Below are positions 27,303 through 37,089 of a DNA stretch of 53,673 bases, piece by piece. How positions within the stretch are numbered: position 1 is the first letter of the stretch; every line of letters begins with the position of its first letter. The DNA is taken from IMG/VR virus record IMGVR_UViG_3300020205_004424, positions 1 through 53,673 of that record, one strand, 5' to 3'. The notes under the pieces were generated by a model. That model had not been told where the DNA came from. It did no database searches and was given only the letters and a program-made list of their open reading frames with translations. The stretch comes from a virus (taxonomy: Duplodnaviria; Caudoviricetes). Made by a program: the position numbers and the translations under genes.

Positions 27303-30018
27303 TTGGAAGAAAGTAATTGTATCGGGCTCTGATGCCTCTCTGAATTCAATAACTACCCCCGCAGGTACAATCAATAATATTACGGCATCTTATGCGATGA
27401 CCGCATCCCATGCTTTAAACGGTGGTGTAACACAATTATTAGCAGGACCTAATATAACTCTTTCCCCAACAACAGGTAAAGGACAAGTAACTATTTCTTC
27501 TACCGGAGGTGGAGGACCCTTCTTTAATACAGCAACAGGATCTTATGGATCCTTTTATGATACAACAACTCAAACCAACCTAGTAGCTAATATTCCACGT
27601 TCAATGTCTTTTAATACAACAGACATTACAAATGGAGTTTCTATTTCAGGATCAACAAGCCCATTTAACACATATATTAAAACAGAAAATCCTGGTGTAT
27701 ACAATATCCAATTTTCTGCTCAAGTAGATAAAACAGACGGTGGTACTGATGATATTGTTATTTGGTTGAGAAAAAATGGAATTGATTTAATTGATACAGC
27801 AACTACATTAACATTACCAACAAATAACTCAAAAGTAGTAGCAGCTTGGAACTGGTTTGTAAACTCAGCGGCTAATGATTACTACCAAATTATATGGCTC
27901 TCAGCAGATACTGATCTAAGATTACTAGCCGAACCTATTTCAGGTACCCACCCAGGCATCCCTTCAGTAATATTAACTGCAAATAGAGTAGATCAATTTT
28001 TATCCAATACAGGATCATTTAGTGGTTCATTTACAGGAACATTTACAGGTTCATTACAAGGTACTGCAAGTTGGGCAACAAATGCTTTAACAGCATCAAA
28101 CATTTCTCCTGCCATAGCAAATGATGCAGATACTAGAATTCTAACTGCTAATGGAAACGGGACATTAAATGGTGAAGCCAACATGACATTTGATGGTACT
28201 ACATTAGCAGTTAATCAAAAATTAACAGTAGGAACATCCCACACCAACTCAGGAACATTATCCTCGATTGCCGGTGGTACTGGAAATATAGCATCAGGAA
28301 ACTGTTCATTTATCGGTGGTGGTACTTTAAATACGGGATCTGCAGATTTTTCAACAGTTGGAGGTGGAAAAGCTAACACAGCATCTGGTTATAATTCAAC
28401 AATAAGCGGAGGTATAAACAACACAGCTTCTAATTATTTTTCAACAGTAGGTGGTGGAAAATGTAACACAGCATCTTGTAATAATTCAACAGTAGGTGGT
28501 GGTAATTCAAATACTGCATCAGGTTATTATTCAACAGTAAGCGGAGGTACAAACAACATAGCATCTGGTTATAAATCAACAGTAAGCGGAGGTACAAACA
28601 ACACAGCATCTAGTTTTAATTCAACAGTAAGCGGAGGTACATACAACACAGCATCTAATTTTTATGCAACAGTAGGTGGTGGATTTGGCAACATAGCATC
28701 TGGTTATAAATCAACAATAAGCGGAGGTACAAACAACACAGCATCTGGTTATGTTTCAACAGTAAGCGGAGGTACATACAACACAGCATCTAGTTATTTT
28801 TCAACAATAAGCGGAGGTTCAACCAACACAGCATCTAGTTCTTGGTCAACAGTAGGTGGTGGATCTGGCAACACAGCATCTGGTTATTGGTCAACAGTAG
28901 GTGGTGGATCTGGCAACACAGCATCTGGTTATTGTTCAACAGTTAGTGGCGGATATTGCAATACAGCATCTGGTTATTGTTCAACAGTTAGTGGTGGATA
29001 TAATAATACAGCATCCGGACCTCGGTCAACAGTTGGAGGTGGAAAAGCTAACACAGCATCTGGTTATAATTCAACAATAAGCGGAGGTACAAACAACACA
29101 GCTCAAGCATTTGCAGGGTTCATAGGTGGTGGTAACTGCAATAATGTTTGTAATGTAACAAGTGGATGCCTTGCTTATGGGGCAGTAGTTGCGGGTGGTG
29201 TAGGTAATAATACTGATGGAGGTACATGGAATTTATCACTTGGTTTATTTCTTTTTCCACCAACTATTTGCAACGCAGGTCAGTATTCATTTATAGGTGG
29301 TGGTTTTCAGAATAAAGCATCAGGAAATTATTCAACAGTTAGTGGTGGATATAATAATACAGCATCTGGTTATAAATCAACAGTAGGTGGTGGTAATTAT
29401 AATACAGCATCTAATTATTATTCAGTTGTTGGTGGTGGATCTGGCAACACAGCATCTGGTAATCGTTCAACAGTAGGTGGTGGTAATTCAAACACAGCTT
29501 CTAATTTATATGCAACGGTTAGTGGTGGATATTGCAACACAGCATCTGGTTATTATTCAACAATTGGTGGTGGTGGATGTAATACAGCTTTAGTAAATTA
29601 TTCAATAGTAGGTGGTGGTCGTTTAAACATAGCATCTGGTTATAATTCAACAGTAGGTGGTGGTATTGCTAATACAGCATCTTGTTATTGGTCAACAGTT
29701 AGTGGTGGTCATTCAAACACAGCTTCTAATTGTTTTTCAACAGTTAGTGGTGGATATTGCAACACAGCATCTGGTACTCGTTCAACAGTAGGTGGTGGAA
29801 GAACTAATACAGCATCAGGAACATATTCAGGTATTTTAGGTGGGTGCGGAAATACTGCATCATGTGCTTGTTCATTTATAGTAGGTACACAGATTACAAC
29901 AGATAGAGTTTGCACAACATTTGTAAATAATCTTTCTATTAAAAATGTCCCAACATCTGCAGCTGGTTTGCCTGCTGGTTCTGTTTGGTCTAATGGTGGA
30001 GTTTTAAATATTGTCTAA
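27295..30018 (+). CDS. long tail fibre/adhesin with 14-aa NTASGxxSTVxGG repeats
   Basis: 907 aa, TTG start; repeat region occupies most of the C-terminal two thirds. Confidence 0.8.
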   Translation: MPNWKKVIVSGSDASLNSITTPAGTINNITASYAMTASHALNGGVTQLLAGPNITLSPTTGKGQVTISSTGGGGPFFNTATGSYGSFYDTTTQTNLVANIPRSMSFNTTDITNGVSISGSTSPFNTYIKTENPGVYNIQFSAQVDKTDGGTDDIVIWLRKNGIDLIDTATTLTLPTNNSKVVAAWNWFVNSAANDYYQIIWLSADTDLRLLAEPISGTHPGIPSVILTANRVDQFLSNTGSFSGSFTGTFTGSLQGTASWATNALTASNISPAIANDADTRILTANGNGTLNGEANMTFDGTTLAVNQKLTVGTSHTNSGTLSSIAGGTGNIASGNCSFIGGGTLNTGSADFSTVGGGKANTASGYNSTISGGINNTASNYFSTVGGGKCNTASCNNSTVGGGNSNTASGYYSTVSGGTNNIASGYKSTVSGGTNNTASSFNSTVSGGTYNTASNFYATVGGGFGNIASGYKSTISGGTNNTASGYVSTVSGGTYNTASSYFSTISGGSTNTASSSWSTVGGGSGNTASGYWSTVGGGSGNTASGYCSTVSGGYCNTASGYCSTVSGGYNNTASGPRSTVGGGKANTASGYNSTISGGTNNTAQAFAGFIGGGNCNNVCNVTSGCLAYGAVVAGGVGNNTDGGTWNLSLGLFLFPPTICNAGQYSFIGGGFQNKASGNYSTVSGGYNNTASGYKSTVGGGNYNTASNYYSVVGGGSGNTASGNRSTVGGGNSNTASNLYATVSGGYCNTASGYYSTIGGGGCNTALVNYSIVGGGRLNIASGYNSTVGGGIANTASCYWSTVSGGHSNTASNCFSTVSGGYCNTASGTRSTVGGGRTNTASGTYSGILGGCGNTASCACSFIVGTQITTDRVCTTFVNNLSIKNVPTSAAGLPAGSVWSNGGVLNIV
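28260..29880 (+). repeat. coding 42-bp tandem repeat array
   Basis: AACACAGCATCTGGTTAT...TCAACAGT units, interrupted at about 29100-29300. Confidence 0.9.
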
Positions 30019-30023
30019 AACAA

Positions 30024-30053
30024 TTTGGATATTTAAAAAATAGTTCTTATATT
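30024..30053 (+). promoter_or_regulatory. candidate host-sigma promoter TTTGG-N19-TATATT
   Basis: Same motif and spacing as 2565, 49838 and 52206. Confidence 0.6.
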
Positions 30054-30073
30054 GTAGTTATATTAAATTTGTT

Positions 30074-30967
30074 ATGGAAAAAAAATATTCAATTTTTCAC
30101 ATTGAAGGTGGTTTAGGAAAACATATTGCTGCAACTGCTGTTGCACGTTGTATTAAGAAAAATCATCCCGATCGTGAACTTATCATAGTTTGTGCTTACC
30201 CACAACCCTTTTTAAATTTAGATTTTGTGTCTCGTGTATATAGAATAGGTGTCACACCATATTTCTATAAAGATTATATTGATCAAAAAGATACACTTAT
30301 ATTCAAACACGAACCATATTTCACAACAGAACATATTCATAAAACACTTCCACTAATTGAAAATTGGTGCAAGTTATATAATTTAGAATATAATGGTGAA
30401 CAACCTGAACTATCATTCAATGATAGAGAGTTACAAAAATATAGTAGAACATGGCAATCTCAAAAACCTATATTTGTGATTCAATCAAATGGAGGACTAC
30501 TTAATTCCGAAAGTGGTTTACCTTATAGATGGACTAGAGATATTCCATTTGACATTACTCAACAAATTGTAGACAAATACCAAGACCAATACACAATATA
30601 TCAAATTACAAGACCTGGATCCCCAGTTGCTAATGGTGCTATTGAAGTTACAAATGAAATGACTTCAATGGAATTGCTTTCTGTATTGTTGTATTCTGAA
30701 AAACGTTTATTGATTGATTCATCTTTGCAACATGCCGCAGCTGCTTTAAATTTACCTTCAACTGTATTGTGGGTTGGAACATCTCCAAAAGTATTTGGAT
30801 ATGATCTACACGATAATATTGTTGCTGAAATTCCTGAAGATCAAAAACTTCCGGATAGTTATTTCTTTGACTATGATTTTGAAGGTCAATTACATGACTA
30901 TCCATTTAAAGGAGATTTATTTGACATAGATACAATTACAAAATCACTAACAAGACAAAGTTTATAA
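30074..30967 (+). CDS. GT-B glycosyltransferase, GT9 (heptosyltransferase)-like
   Basis: GGLGKHI, IDSSLQHAAAALNLPSTVLW..TSP..FGY. Confidence 0.75.
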   Translation: MEKKYSIFHIEGGLGKHIAATAVARCIKKNHPDRELIIVCAYPQPFLNLDFVSRVYRIGVTPYFYKDYIDQKDTLIFKHEPYFTTEHIHKTLPLIENWCKLYNLEYNGEQPELSFNDRELQKYSRTWQSQKPIFVIQSNGGLLNSESGLPYRWTRDIPFDITQQIVDKYQDQYTIYQITRPGSPVANGAIEVTNEMTSMELLSVLLYSEKRLLIDSSLQHAAAALNLPSTVLWVGTSPKVFGYDLHDNIVAEIPEDQKLPDSYFFDYDFEGQLHDYPFKGDLFDIDTITKSLTRQSL

Positions 30968-31782
30968 TGCAAAAGTTATTTTTTCAATCATCCTTGCCTA
31001 GAGCAGGATCAACCCTATTACAAAATGTTTTAGGACAGAACCCCGATTTTTATGTTACACCAACCTCTGGTGTTCTAGAACTCGTTTATGCTGCCCGTAA
31101 CAACTATTCAACATCAGCTGAATTCAAAGCACAAGATTCTGATTTGATGCGAGAAGGATTTAAACAATTCTGCCATGATGGCGTTACTGGTTTTTTTAAA
31201 GCAGTAACAGACAAACCATATATAATGGACAAAAGTAGAGGATGGGGCTATCATAGAGATTTCCTAGATTTCTTCTACCCAGATCCAAAAATTGTATGTA
31301 TGATTCGAGATCCTAGAGCTATATTTTCTTCTATGGAAAAAAACTTTAGAAAAAACCCCGAACAAGACAAAGGTATAGTTAACCATGCAGAAATGGCAGG
31401 TGTAACCACCGAACAACGCATTGATATGTGGGCAGCAGGTGTCCCTGTGGGAATGGCACTACAGCGTTTATATCAAATAGTAAAAGAAGGAAATGACCAA
31501 AAAATGCTATTTGTGAAATATGAAGACCTAATGAAAAACCCACAAGGTGAAATGGATCGAATCTACAAATATTTAGACATTCCTTCATACACCCATGACT
31601 TTGATAACATCCAACAAATTACCCAAGAAGATGATGAAGTATATGGCGCATATGGAGACCATACAATTAAACCAAAACTAACCCCAGTAAAACCAGATTG
31701 GAACGAAGTACTAGGAAAAAGTGCAGCTGCATGGATTCGTAGTAATTATACATGGTTCTACGAATATTTCGGATACGCTTAA
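30967..31782 (+). CDS. PAPS-dependent sulfotransferase
   Basis: 5'-PSB SLPRAGSTLL, 3'-PB IRDPRAIFSS, VKYEDL..NP. Confidence 0.88.
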   Translation: MQKLFFQSSLPRAGSTLLQNVLGQNPDFYVTPTSGVLELVYAARNNYSTSAEFKAQDSDLMREGFKQFCHDGVTGFFKAVTDKPYIMDKSRGWGYHRDFLDFFYPDPKIVCMIRDPRAIFSSMEKNFRKNPEQDKGIVNHAEMAGVTTEQRIDMWAAGVPVGMALQRLYQIVKEGNDQKMLFVKYEDLMKNPQGEMDRIYKYLDIPSYTHDFDNIQQITQEDDEVYGAYGDHTIKPKLTPVKPDWNEVLGKSAAAWIRSNYTWFYEYFGYA

Positions 31783-31803
31783 TATTTATAAACAAAAGAC
31801 AAT

Positions 31804-32124
31804 ATGACAATAGGATGGACAATTTCAAGTATGAAACGCTTAACCGATGATGGTTTAGTAGTACAAGCAACTTATATCTTTCAAGCACAGGAAGGTAGTT
31901 TTATCAATAGAAAAGTAGGCGATATGACATTTTCTGGAAGTGTAGATGAGCCTGGCTATATCCCTTACGAGGATCTTACTCAAGATGATGTATTGAATTG
32001 GGTATTTACTAGATTAGGTGATGGAAAAGTAGCTATTGAAGCAGATGTTACTTTAGCTACTGAAACACAATATTCGGCATCAATTGCTAACCCATACTCA
32101 AACGGAGTTCCTTGGAACAATTAA
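31804..32124 (+). CDS. small tail-fibre-associated protein
   Basis: YIPYEDLTQDDVLNWV...GVPW, a pattern typical of small genes beside phage fibres; late motif. Confidence 0.55.
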   Translation: MTIGWTISSMKRLTDDGLVVQATYIFQAQEGSFINRKVGDMTFSGSVDEPGYIPYEDLTQDDVLNWVFTRLGDGKVAIEADVTLATETQYSASIANPYSNGVPWNN

Positions 32125-32142
32125 TACAAAATTTAAATAGTT

Positions 32143-32613
32143 ATGATTTATTGGTTTACCGGACAGCCTGGAGCAGGTAAAACTGTTTTAGCAACTGCTT
32201 TAAAACAAGAAATGGACAACACTTTCCATATTGATGGAGATGATTTACGTGCCATTTTCGATAACAAAGATTATAGTGAAACTGGTAGAAGAAAAAATAT
32301 TGAGCTAGCGCAACAACTAGCTCATTTTCTTTACAATAAAGGAAACAACGTAGTTGTATCCCTTGTTTCACCATACAAAGATCAACGTGAAGAATTTAAA
32401 ACAAAACTTGGAGACTCATTAAAAGAGTTTTATGTTCATACTACTGAAATACGAGGACGAGAAAATTTCCATGTTGAAAACTATCAACAACCAACAGAAA
32501 ATTATCTTGATATAGATACTACAAATATTTCCGTTGAAGAATGTTTAAACAAAATTAAAAGTTATGCAAAATTGGACCAAGAAAGTACACGTACAATCAT
32601 CCCTACAATCTAA
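32143..32613 (+). CDS. cysC: adenylyl-sulfate (APS) kinase
   Basis: WFTGQPGAGKT, IDGDDLR, YSETGRRKNI, VSLVSPY..QR, YQQP. Confidence 0.88.
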   Translation: MIYWFTGQPGAGKTVLATALKQEMDNTFHIDGDDLRAIFDNKDYSETGRRKNIELAQQLAHFLYNKGNNVVVSLVSPYKDQREEFKTKLGDSLKEFYVHTTEIRGRENFHVENYQQPTENYLDIDTTNISVEECLNKIKSYAKLDQESTRTIIPTI

Positions 32614-32968
32614 ACCAAACCAATACGCTTTATTTATTGGTCGTTGGCAACCATTACATGATGGGCATAAAGCTCTATTCCAACAAGCTTTAGATGAAGG
32701 AAAAAATGTTTGGATTGCAATCCGAGATGTTGAAACAACTGAATCAAACCCATTTGATGCTCAAGAAGTACTTAAAAATATTGGAAATGAATATAAAGAA
32801 CTATGTGGCCAAGGCAGAATTAAAGTCAGCATCATCCCTGACATATGTTCAGTGGAGTTTGGTAGAGGAGTGGGCTATGATATTATTGAGCATATTCCTC
32901 CTGTAGAGGTAGCTGAAATATCTGCTACAAAAGTAAGAGAGCAAATGCGTAAAGAAGGTAAATTATGA
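32564..32968 (+). CDS. HxGH nucleotidyltransferase (cytidylyltransferase/NMNAT/ATP-sulfurylase fold)
   Basis: FIGRWQPLHDGH and C-terminal ISATKVRE. Confidence 0.8.
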   Translation: MQNWTKKVHVQSSLQSKPNQYALFIGRWQPLHDGHKALFQQALDEGKNVWIAIRDVETTESNPFDAQEVLKNIGNEYKELCGQGRIKVSIIPDICSVEFGRGVGYDIIEHIPPVEVAEISATKVREQMRKEGKL

Positions 32969-33186
32969 AAGAAGATAAAAAATCGGCAATGACACGCCAC
33001 ATCTTAAAAACGCTTTCATACCGTATTTTAGATACGTTAACAACAGTGTTTGTTGCTTATTCTTTAGGTGCATCACTTGAATTGTCTTCATTACTTGGTG
33101 TAGGAGAATTATTAATTAAACCTACATTGTATTTTTTCCATGAACGTATTTGGTACAAGTACATTCGAATAGGAAATAAAAAATAA
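32965..33186 (+). CDS. DUF2061-like small membrane protein
   Basis: RHILKTLSYRI...LYFFHERIW. Confidence 0.75.
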   Translation: MKEDKKSAMTRHILKTLSYRILDTLTTVFVAYSLGASLELSSLLGVGELLIKPTLYFFHERIWYKYIRIGNKK

Positions 33187-33210
33187 CATATTTATAAACA
33201 AATTTAAATT

Positions 33211-33474
33211 ATGTCAATTGTTTCAGAAAAAAAGTTCTTAACAGAAGAAGAACAAGCAACCCTCAAAGAAATCCAACAAAAATCCCGTGCTCTAATTGGT
33301 GAGTTAGGTGAAATTGAACTAGTTAAACTTCAACTAGAAAAACGCCACGAAAGTGCTAAAACATTTTTAGAAGAATTGGGCGAACAAGAAAAAGAATTCA
33401 CCAAAAATGTATTTGATATCTATGGTAAATGTACTATCGACCCAGAAACAGGCGAAATTACAGCTGCAGAGTAA
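33211..33474 (+). CDS. small coiled-coil protein
   Basis: 87 aa, LGEIE...YG...IDPETGE; late motif. Confidence 0.65.
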   Translation: MSIVSEKKFLTEEEQATLKEIQQKSRALIGELGEIELVKLQLEKRHESAKTFLEELGEQEKEFTKNVFDIYGKCTIDPETGEITAAE

Positions 33475-33516
33475 TCTAGTTGTAAATACACCATATTTAT
33501 AATAAAATAATTTATA

Positions 33517-35286
33517 ATGGCAGAAACAATTGTCTCACCTGGTGTATTAGCAATAGAGAACGATCAATCATTTGTAACTCAACAACCTGTACAAGCAGGT
33601 GCTGCTATCATTGGACCAACCGTTAAAGGTAAAGTAGGAATCCCTACTCTAGTAACTACATATAGTGATTATTTAAATAAGTTTGGTGCTACTTTCCTTA
33701 GTGGAAGTAACACCTATACTTTTTTAACTTCAATTGCAGCATATAATTATTTTGCTGGTGGTGGAAATACATTATTAGTTACCCGTGTAGTAAGTGGTAG
33801 TACATCAACCGCTTGGACCCCTGCAACATCTTCATTTATTTCTGCTTCCGCCCATTCAGTTGGTTCACCTTATAATACTAATGTTTTTGTACTAGAAACA
33901 ATATCTGAAGGTATTATTATGAATAGTGCCGGACCTACTGGTTCAAATGGTACATTATTGAGTGGATCAAATGAAAACTATAGATGGCAAATTGTATCCC
34001 CAGATACAAATAATGGAACGTTTTCACTTGTTATTCGTCAAGGAAATGATTCAAATATTCAACAATCTACTTTAGAAACTTGGGGTCCACTTTCATTGGA
34101 CCCATTTGCTTCAAATTATATTGAAAAAGTAATTGGAAACCAGGTTGAAACTATTCAAGTAGACAATGGTGAATATTATATTCAAATGTCTGGAAGTTAT
34201 GCAAACCAATCTGCTTACGTTCGTGTTAAACAAGTAAATCAAACTACTCCAAATTATTTTGATAATGTAGGAAATCCAAAAAATGAATATACTGGATCTA
34301 TTCCTACTACACAAAGTGGAGTATTTGGTGATGCTAAAGGAAATATTATCCCTACAGGTGTTGCTGCAGCGTATTATGAAAAAATTTCAAATACAAACAT
34401 TCAAGGTTTAACTGCAAATGATTATACTGAATCTATTTCTTTATTAGCAAATAAAGATGCATTTAAATATAATTTGTTAATTGCTCCTGGTTTAATTGCT
34501 GACCCAACTCAATTCCCTTTACATAACAGTGTAGTAAACCAAATGATTACTACTGTTCAAGAAAGAGGAGATTCAATGGTAGTAACCGATGTAGTCGGAT
34601 ATGGATCAAACATTAACCCAGTAGTTTCTAGTGCCCAAACTAAAGATACTTCATATGCCGCAGTATATTGGCCTTGGTTATACACAGTAGACCCAAATAC
34701 ATCTAATCAAGTGTGGGTACCTACAACAACATTAATCCCAAGAGTATATGCTCAAAATGATGCTATTGCTTATCCTTGGTTTGCACCTGCTGGTATTAAT
34801 CGTGGGGTAATGACATCTGTTATTAAAACAGAACGTATATTAACTCAAGGAAATAGAGATTTACTTTACAAAAATAATATAAATCCAATTGCAAATATTG
34901 CTACCGCTAATGGATCTGCAATAACAGTATTTGGACAAAAAACTCTACAGAAAAAATCAAGTGCTTTAGATCGTGTAAATGTACGTCGTTTATTAATTGA
35001 ACTTAAAAACTATATTTCTCAAGTAGCCGATACGTTTGTATTTGAACAAAACAATGCAATAACTAGAAGTAATTTATTATCATTAATTAATCCGTATTTA
35101 TCACAAGTTCAACAACAACAAGGATTAACAGCATTTCAAGTAGTAATAAACGAAACTAATAATCCACCTAGTGTTGTAGATCAAAATCAAATAATTGGTC
35201 AAATTTATTTACAACCTACTAGAACAGCTGAATATATCATACTTGATTTCAATATATTACCTACTGGTGCAACGTTTCCTGCTTAA
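33517..35286 (+). CDS. tail sheath protein 1
   Basis: SPGV..E.D, YWPW, WFAPAGINRG, INPIA, FGQKTLQ, LDRVNVRRL, FEQN, PTRTAEYI. Confidence 0.93.
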   Translation: MAETIVSPGVLAIENDQSFVTQQPVQAGAAIIGPTVKGKVGIPTLVTTYSDYLNKFGATFLSGSNTYTFLTSIAAYNYFAGGGNTLLVTRVVSGSTSTAWTPATSSFISASAHSVGSPYNTNVFVLETISEGIIMNSAGPTGSNGTLLSGSNENYRWQIVSPDTNNGTFSLVIRQGNDSNIQQSTLETWGPLSLDPFASNYIEKVIGNQVETIQVDNGEYYIQMSGSYANQSAYVRVKQVNQTTPNYFDNVGNPKNEYTGSIPTTQSGVFGDAKGNIIPTGVAAAYYEKISNTNIQGLTANDYTESISLLANKDAFKYNLLIAPGLIADPTQFPLHNSVVNQMITTVQERGDSMVVTDVVGYGSNINPVVSSAQTKDTSYAAVYWPWLYTVDPNTSNQVWVPTTTLIPRVYAQNDAIAYPWFAPAGINRGVMTSVIKTERILTQGNRDLLYKNNINPIANIATANGSAITVFGQKTLQKKSSALDRVNVRRLLIELKNYISQVADTFVFEQNNAITRSNLLSLINPYLSQVQQQQGLTAFQVVINETNNPPSVVDQNQIIGQIYLQPTRTAEYIILDFNILPTGATFPA

Positions 35287-35332
35287 TAGCATATTTTAAG
35301 GAAACTTTAGATATTTATAATAAAAAAATACG

Positions 35333-37042
35333 ATGGCAAATTTCACAACTTCTCCTGGAGTAGCAATTAGCGAAATAGACAACACATTCTTAACTGGACA
35401 ACCAGTTCAAGCAGGTGCTGCTATTATAGGCCCAACAGTTAAAGGTCCTGTTGAAAAACCAACACTTGTAACAACCTATTCAGACTTTGTAACATTGTTT
35501 GGAGATACATTCATTAGTGGTGGTAATTCTTATTCATACCTTACTTCAATTGCTGCTTACAATTATTTTAATTATGGAGGAACTTCATTATTAGTTGCTC
35601 GTGTAGCAAGTGGTTCTTATACATCTGCAGTTAGTACTACAATTCTTAACTCTATTCACCCAACATCAGCTTCATTTGTTTTAGAAACTATTTCTGAAGG
35701 AGAAATTATGAATAATTCAGGATCCATGTCTTCAGGATCCCTACTTTCAGGATCAGCTGATAATATTCGTTGGGAAATTACAAATGCAAATACTGGATCA
35801 GGTACATTCAATGTATTAATTCGTCGTGGTAATGATATTCCTACTAATAAAGTAGTATTAGAAGCATGGAATAACTTAACATTAGATCCAAATTCAAGTC
35901 GTTACATTGCTGCTGTAATTGGTGATCAAGAATTAAATTATAATAGTGCTACTCAACAAATGGAAGTATCTGGATCTTATCCAAACAGCTCACGTTATGT
36001 CCGTGTAAAATCTGTTAATTATCCAACTCCAAATTACTTCACTTCCACAGGAACCCCAGTAACTGCATATACTGCTTCAATCCCATTAAATGGAAGTGGC
36101 TCAGCGGGTGGTGCATTTACTAATGCTTCAGGAACTGTAAGTAATAATATTAAGTTATATGACCGAATTGATTCATCTACACAAGGATTAAGTGGTAGTG
36201 ACTATAATAACATGATTACACTTTTTGGTAATCCTGAAGCATTCCAATTTAATGTATTATTTACTCCTGGTTTGTTAAATAGCGAACACACTGCACAAGT
36301 TACAAATATTATCTCAAATACAATTTCAAGAGGAGATAATTTATATGTAATGGATTTAACAACATATAATAGTCCTATTGCATCAGCAATTCAACAAGCA
36401 AACACACGTGATACTTCATATGCCACAACATATTGGCCTTGGGTTCGTATTATCGACCCAGCAACAGGAAAACATGTTTGGGTGCCTGCTTCAACAGTAA
36501 TCCCAGGTGTATATGCGTTTAACGATAAAGTATCAGCTCCATGGTTTGCTCCAGCAGGTATAAACCGCGGTGGATTAAGCACAGTTCTCCAAGCTGAACT
36601 GAAATTGACACAAGGTAATCGTGACACGTTATACAGCAATAATATTAACCCTATTGCAACACTACCTCAACAAGGAGTTGTAGTATATGGTCAGAAAACA
36701 TTACAAAAAGCTCAATCTGCTCTTGATCGTGTAAACGTACGTCGTTTAATGATTGAATTGAAATCATATATTCGTCAAATTGCAGATACGATCGTGTTTG
36801 AACAAAATACAATTACTACAAGAATAGCATTTACTTCAAGAGTTACTCCATATTTGGAATCAATTCAACAAAAACAAGGTTTATACGCATTTAAAGTAGT
36901 AATGGATGATACAAATAACGGACCAGCAGTAATTGATCAAAACCAATTAGTAGGTCAAATTTATATCCAACCAACACGTACAGCTGAATTTATCTCACTA
37001 GACTTTATCTTAATGCCTACAGGAGCTGAATTCCCAGGGTAA
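35333..37042 (+). CDS. tail sheath protein 2
   Basis: Same motif set as sheath 1; full-length paralog. Confidence 0.93.
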   Translation: MANFTTSPGVAISEIDNTFLTGQPVQAGAAIIGPTVKGPVEKPTLVTTYSDFVTLFGDTFISGGNSYSYLTSIAAYNYFNYGGTSLLVARVASGSYTSAVSTTILNSIHPTSASFVLETISEGEIMNNSGSMSSGSLLSGSADNIRWEITNANTGSGTFNVLIRRGNDIPTNKVVLEAWNNLTLDPNSSRYIAAVIGDQELNYNSATQQMEVSGSYPNSSRYVRVKSVNYPTPNYFTSTGTPVTAYTASIPLNGSGSAGGAFTNASGTVSNNIKLYDRIDSSTQGLSGSDYNNMITLFGNPEAFQFNVLFTPGLLNSEHTAQVTNIISNTISRGDNLYVMDLTTYNSPIASAIQQANTRDTSYATTYWPWVRIIDPATGKHVWVPASTVIPGVYAFNDKVSAPWFAPAGINRGGLSTVLQAELKLTQGNRDTLYSNNINPIATLPQQGVVVYGQKTLQKAQSALDRVNVRRLMIELKSYIRQIADTIVFEQNTITTRIAFTSRVTPYLESIQQKQGLYAFKVVMDDTNNGPAVIDQNQLVGQIYIQPTRTAEFISLDFILMPTGAEFPG

Positions 37043-37089
37043 AAACTAAAAAATTAGATATTTATAATAAAAGAATTAAATAATATAAA

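Noticed and set aside
18530-29880. Regular repeats with variable intervening sequence resembling CRISPR arrays
   Set aside because: The period is 42 bp, in frame inside long ORFs, with wobble-position variation; no cas genes or leader are present.
28260-29880. Diversity-generating retroelement target in the fibre repeats
   Set aside because: No reverse transcriptase or template/variable repeat pair in the window, and the variation is not restricted to adenines.
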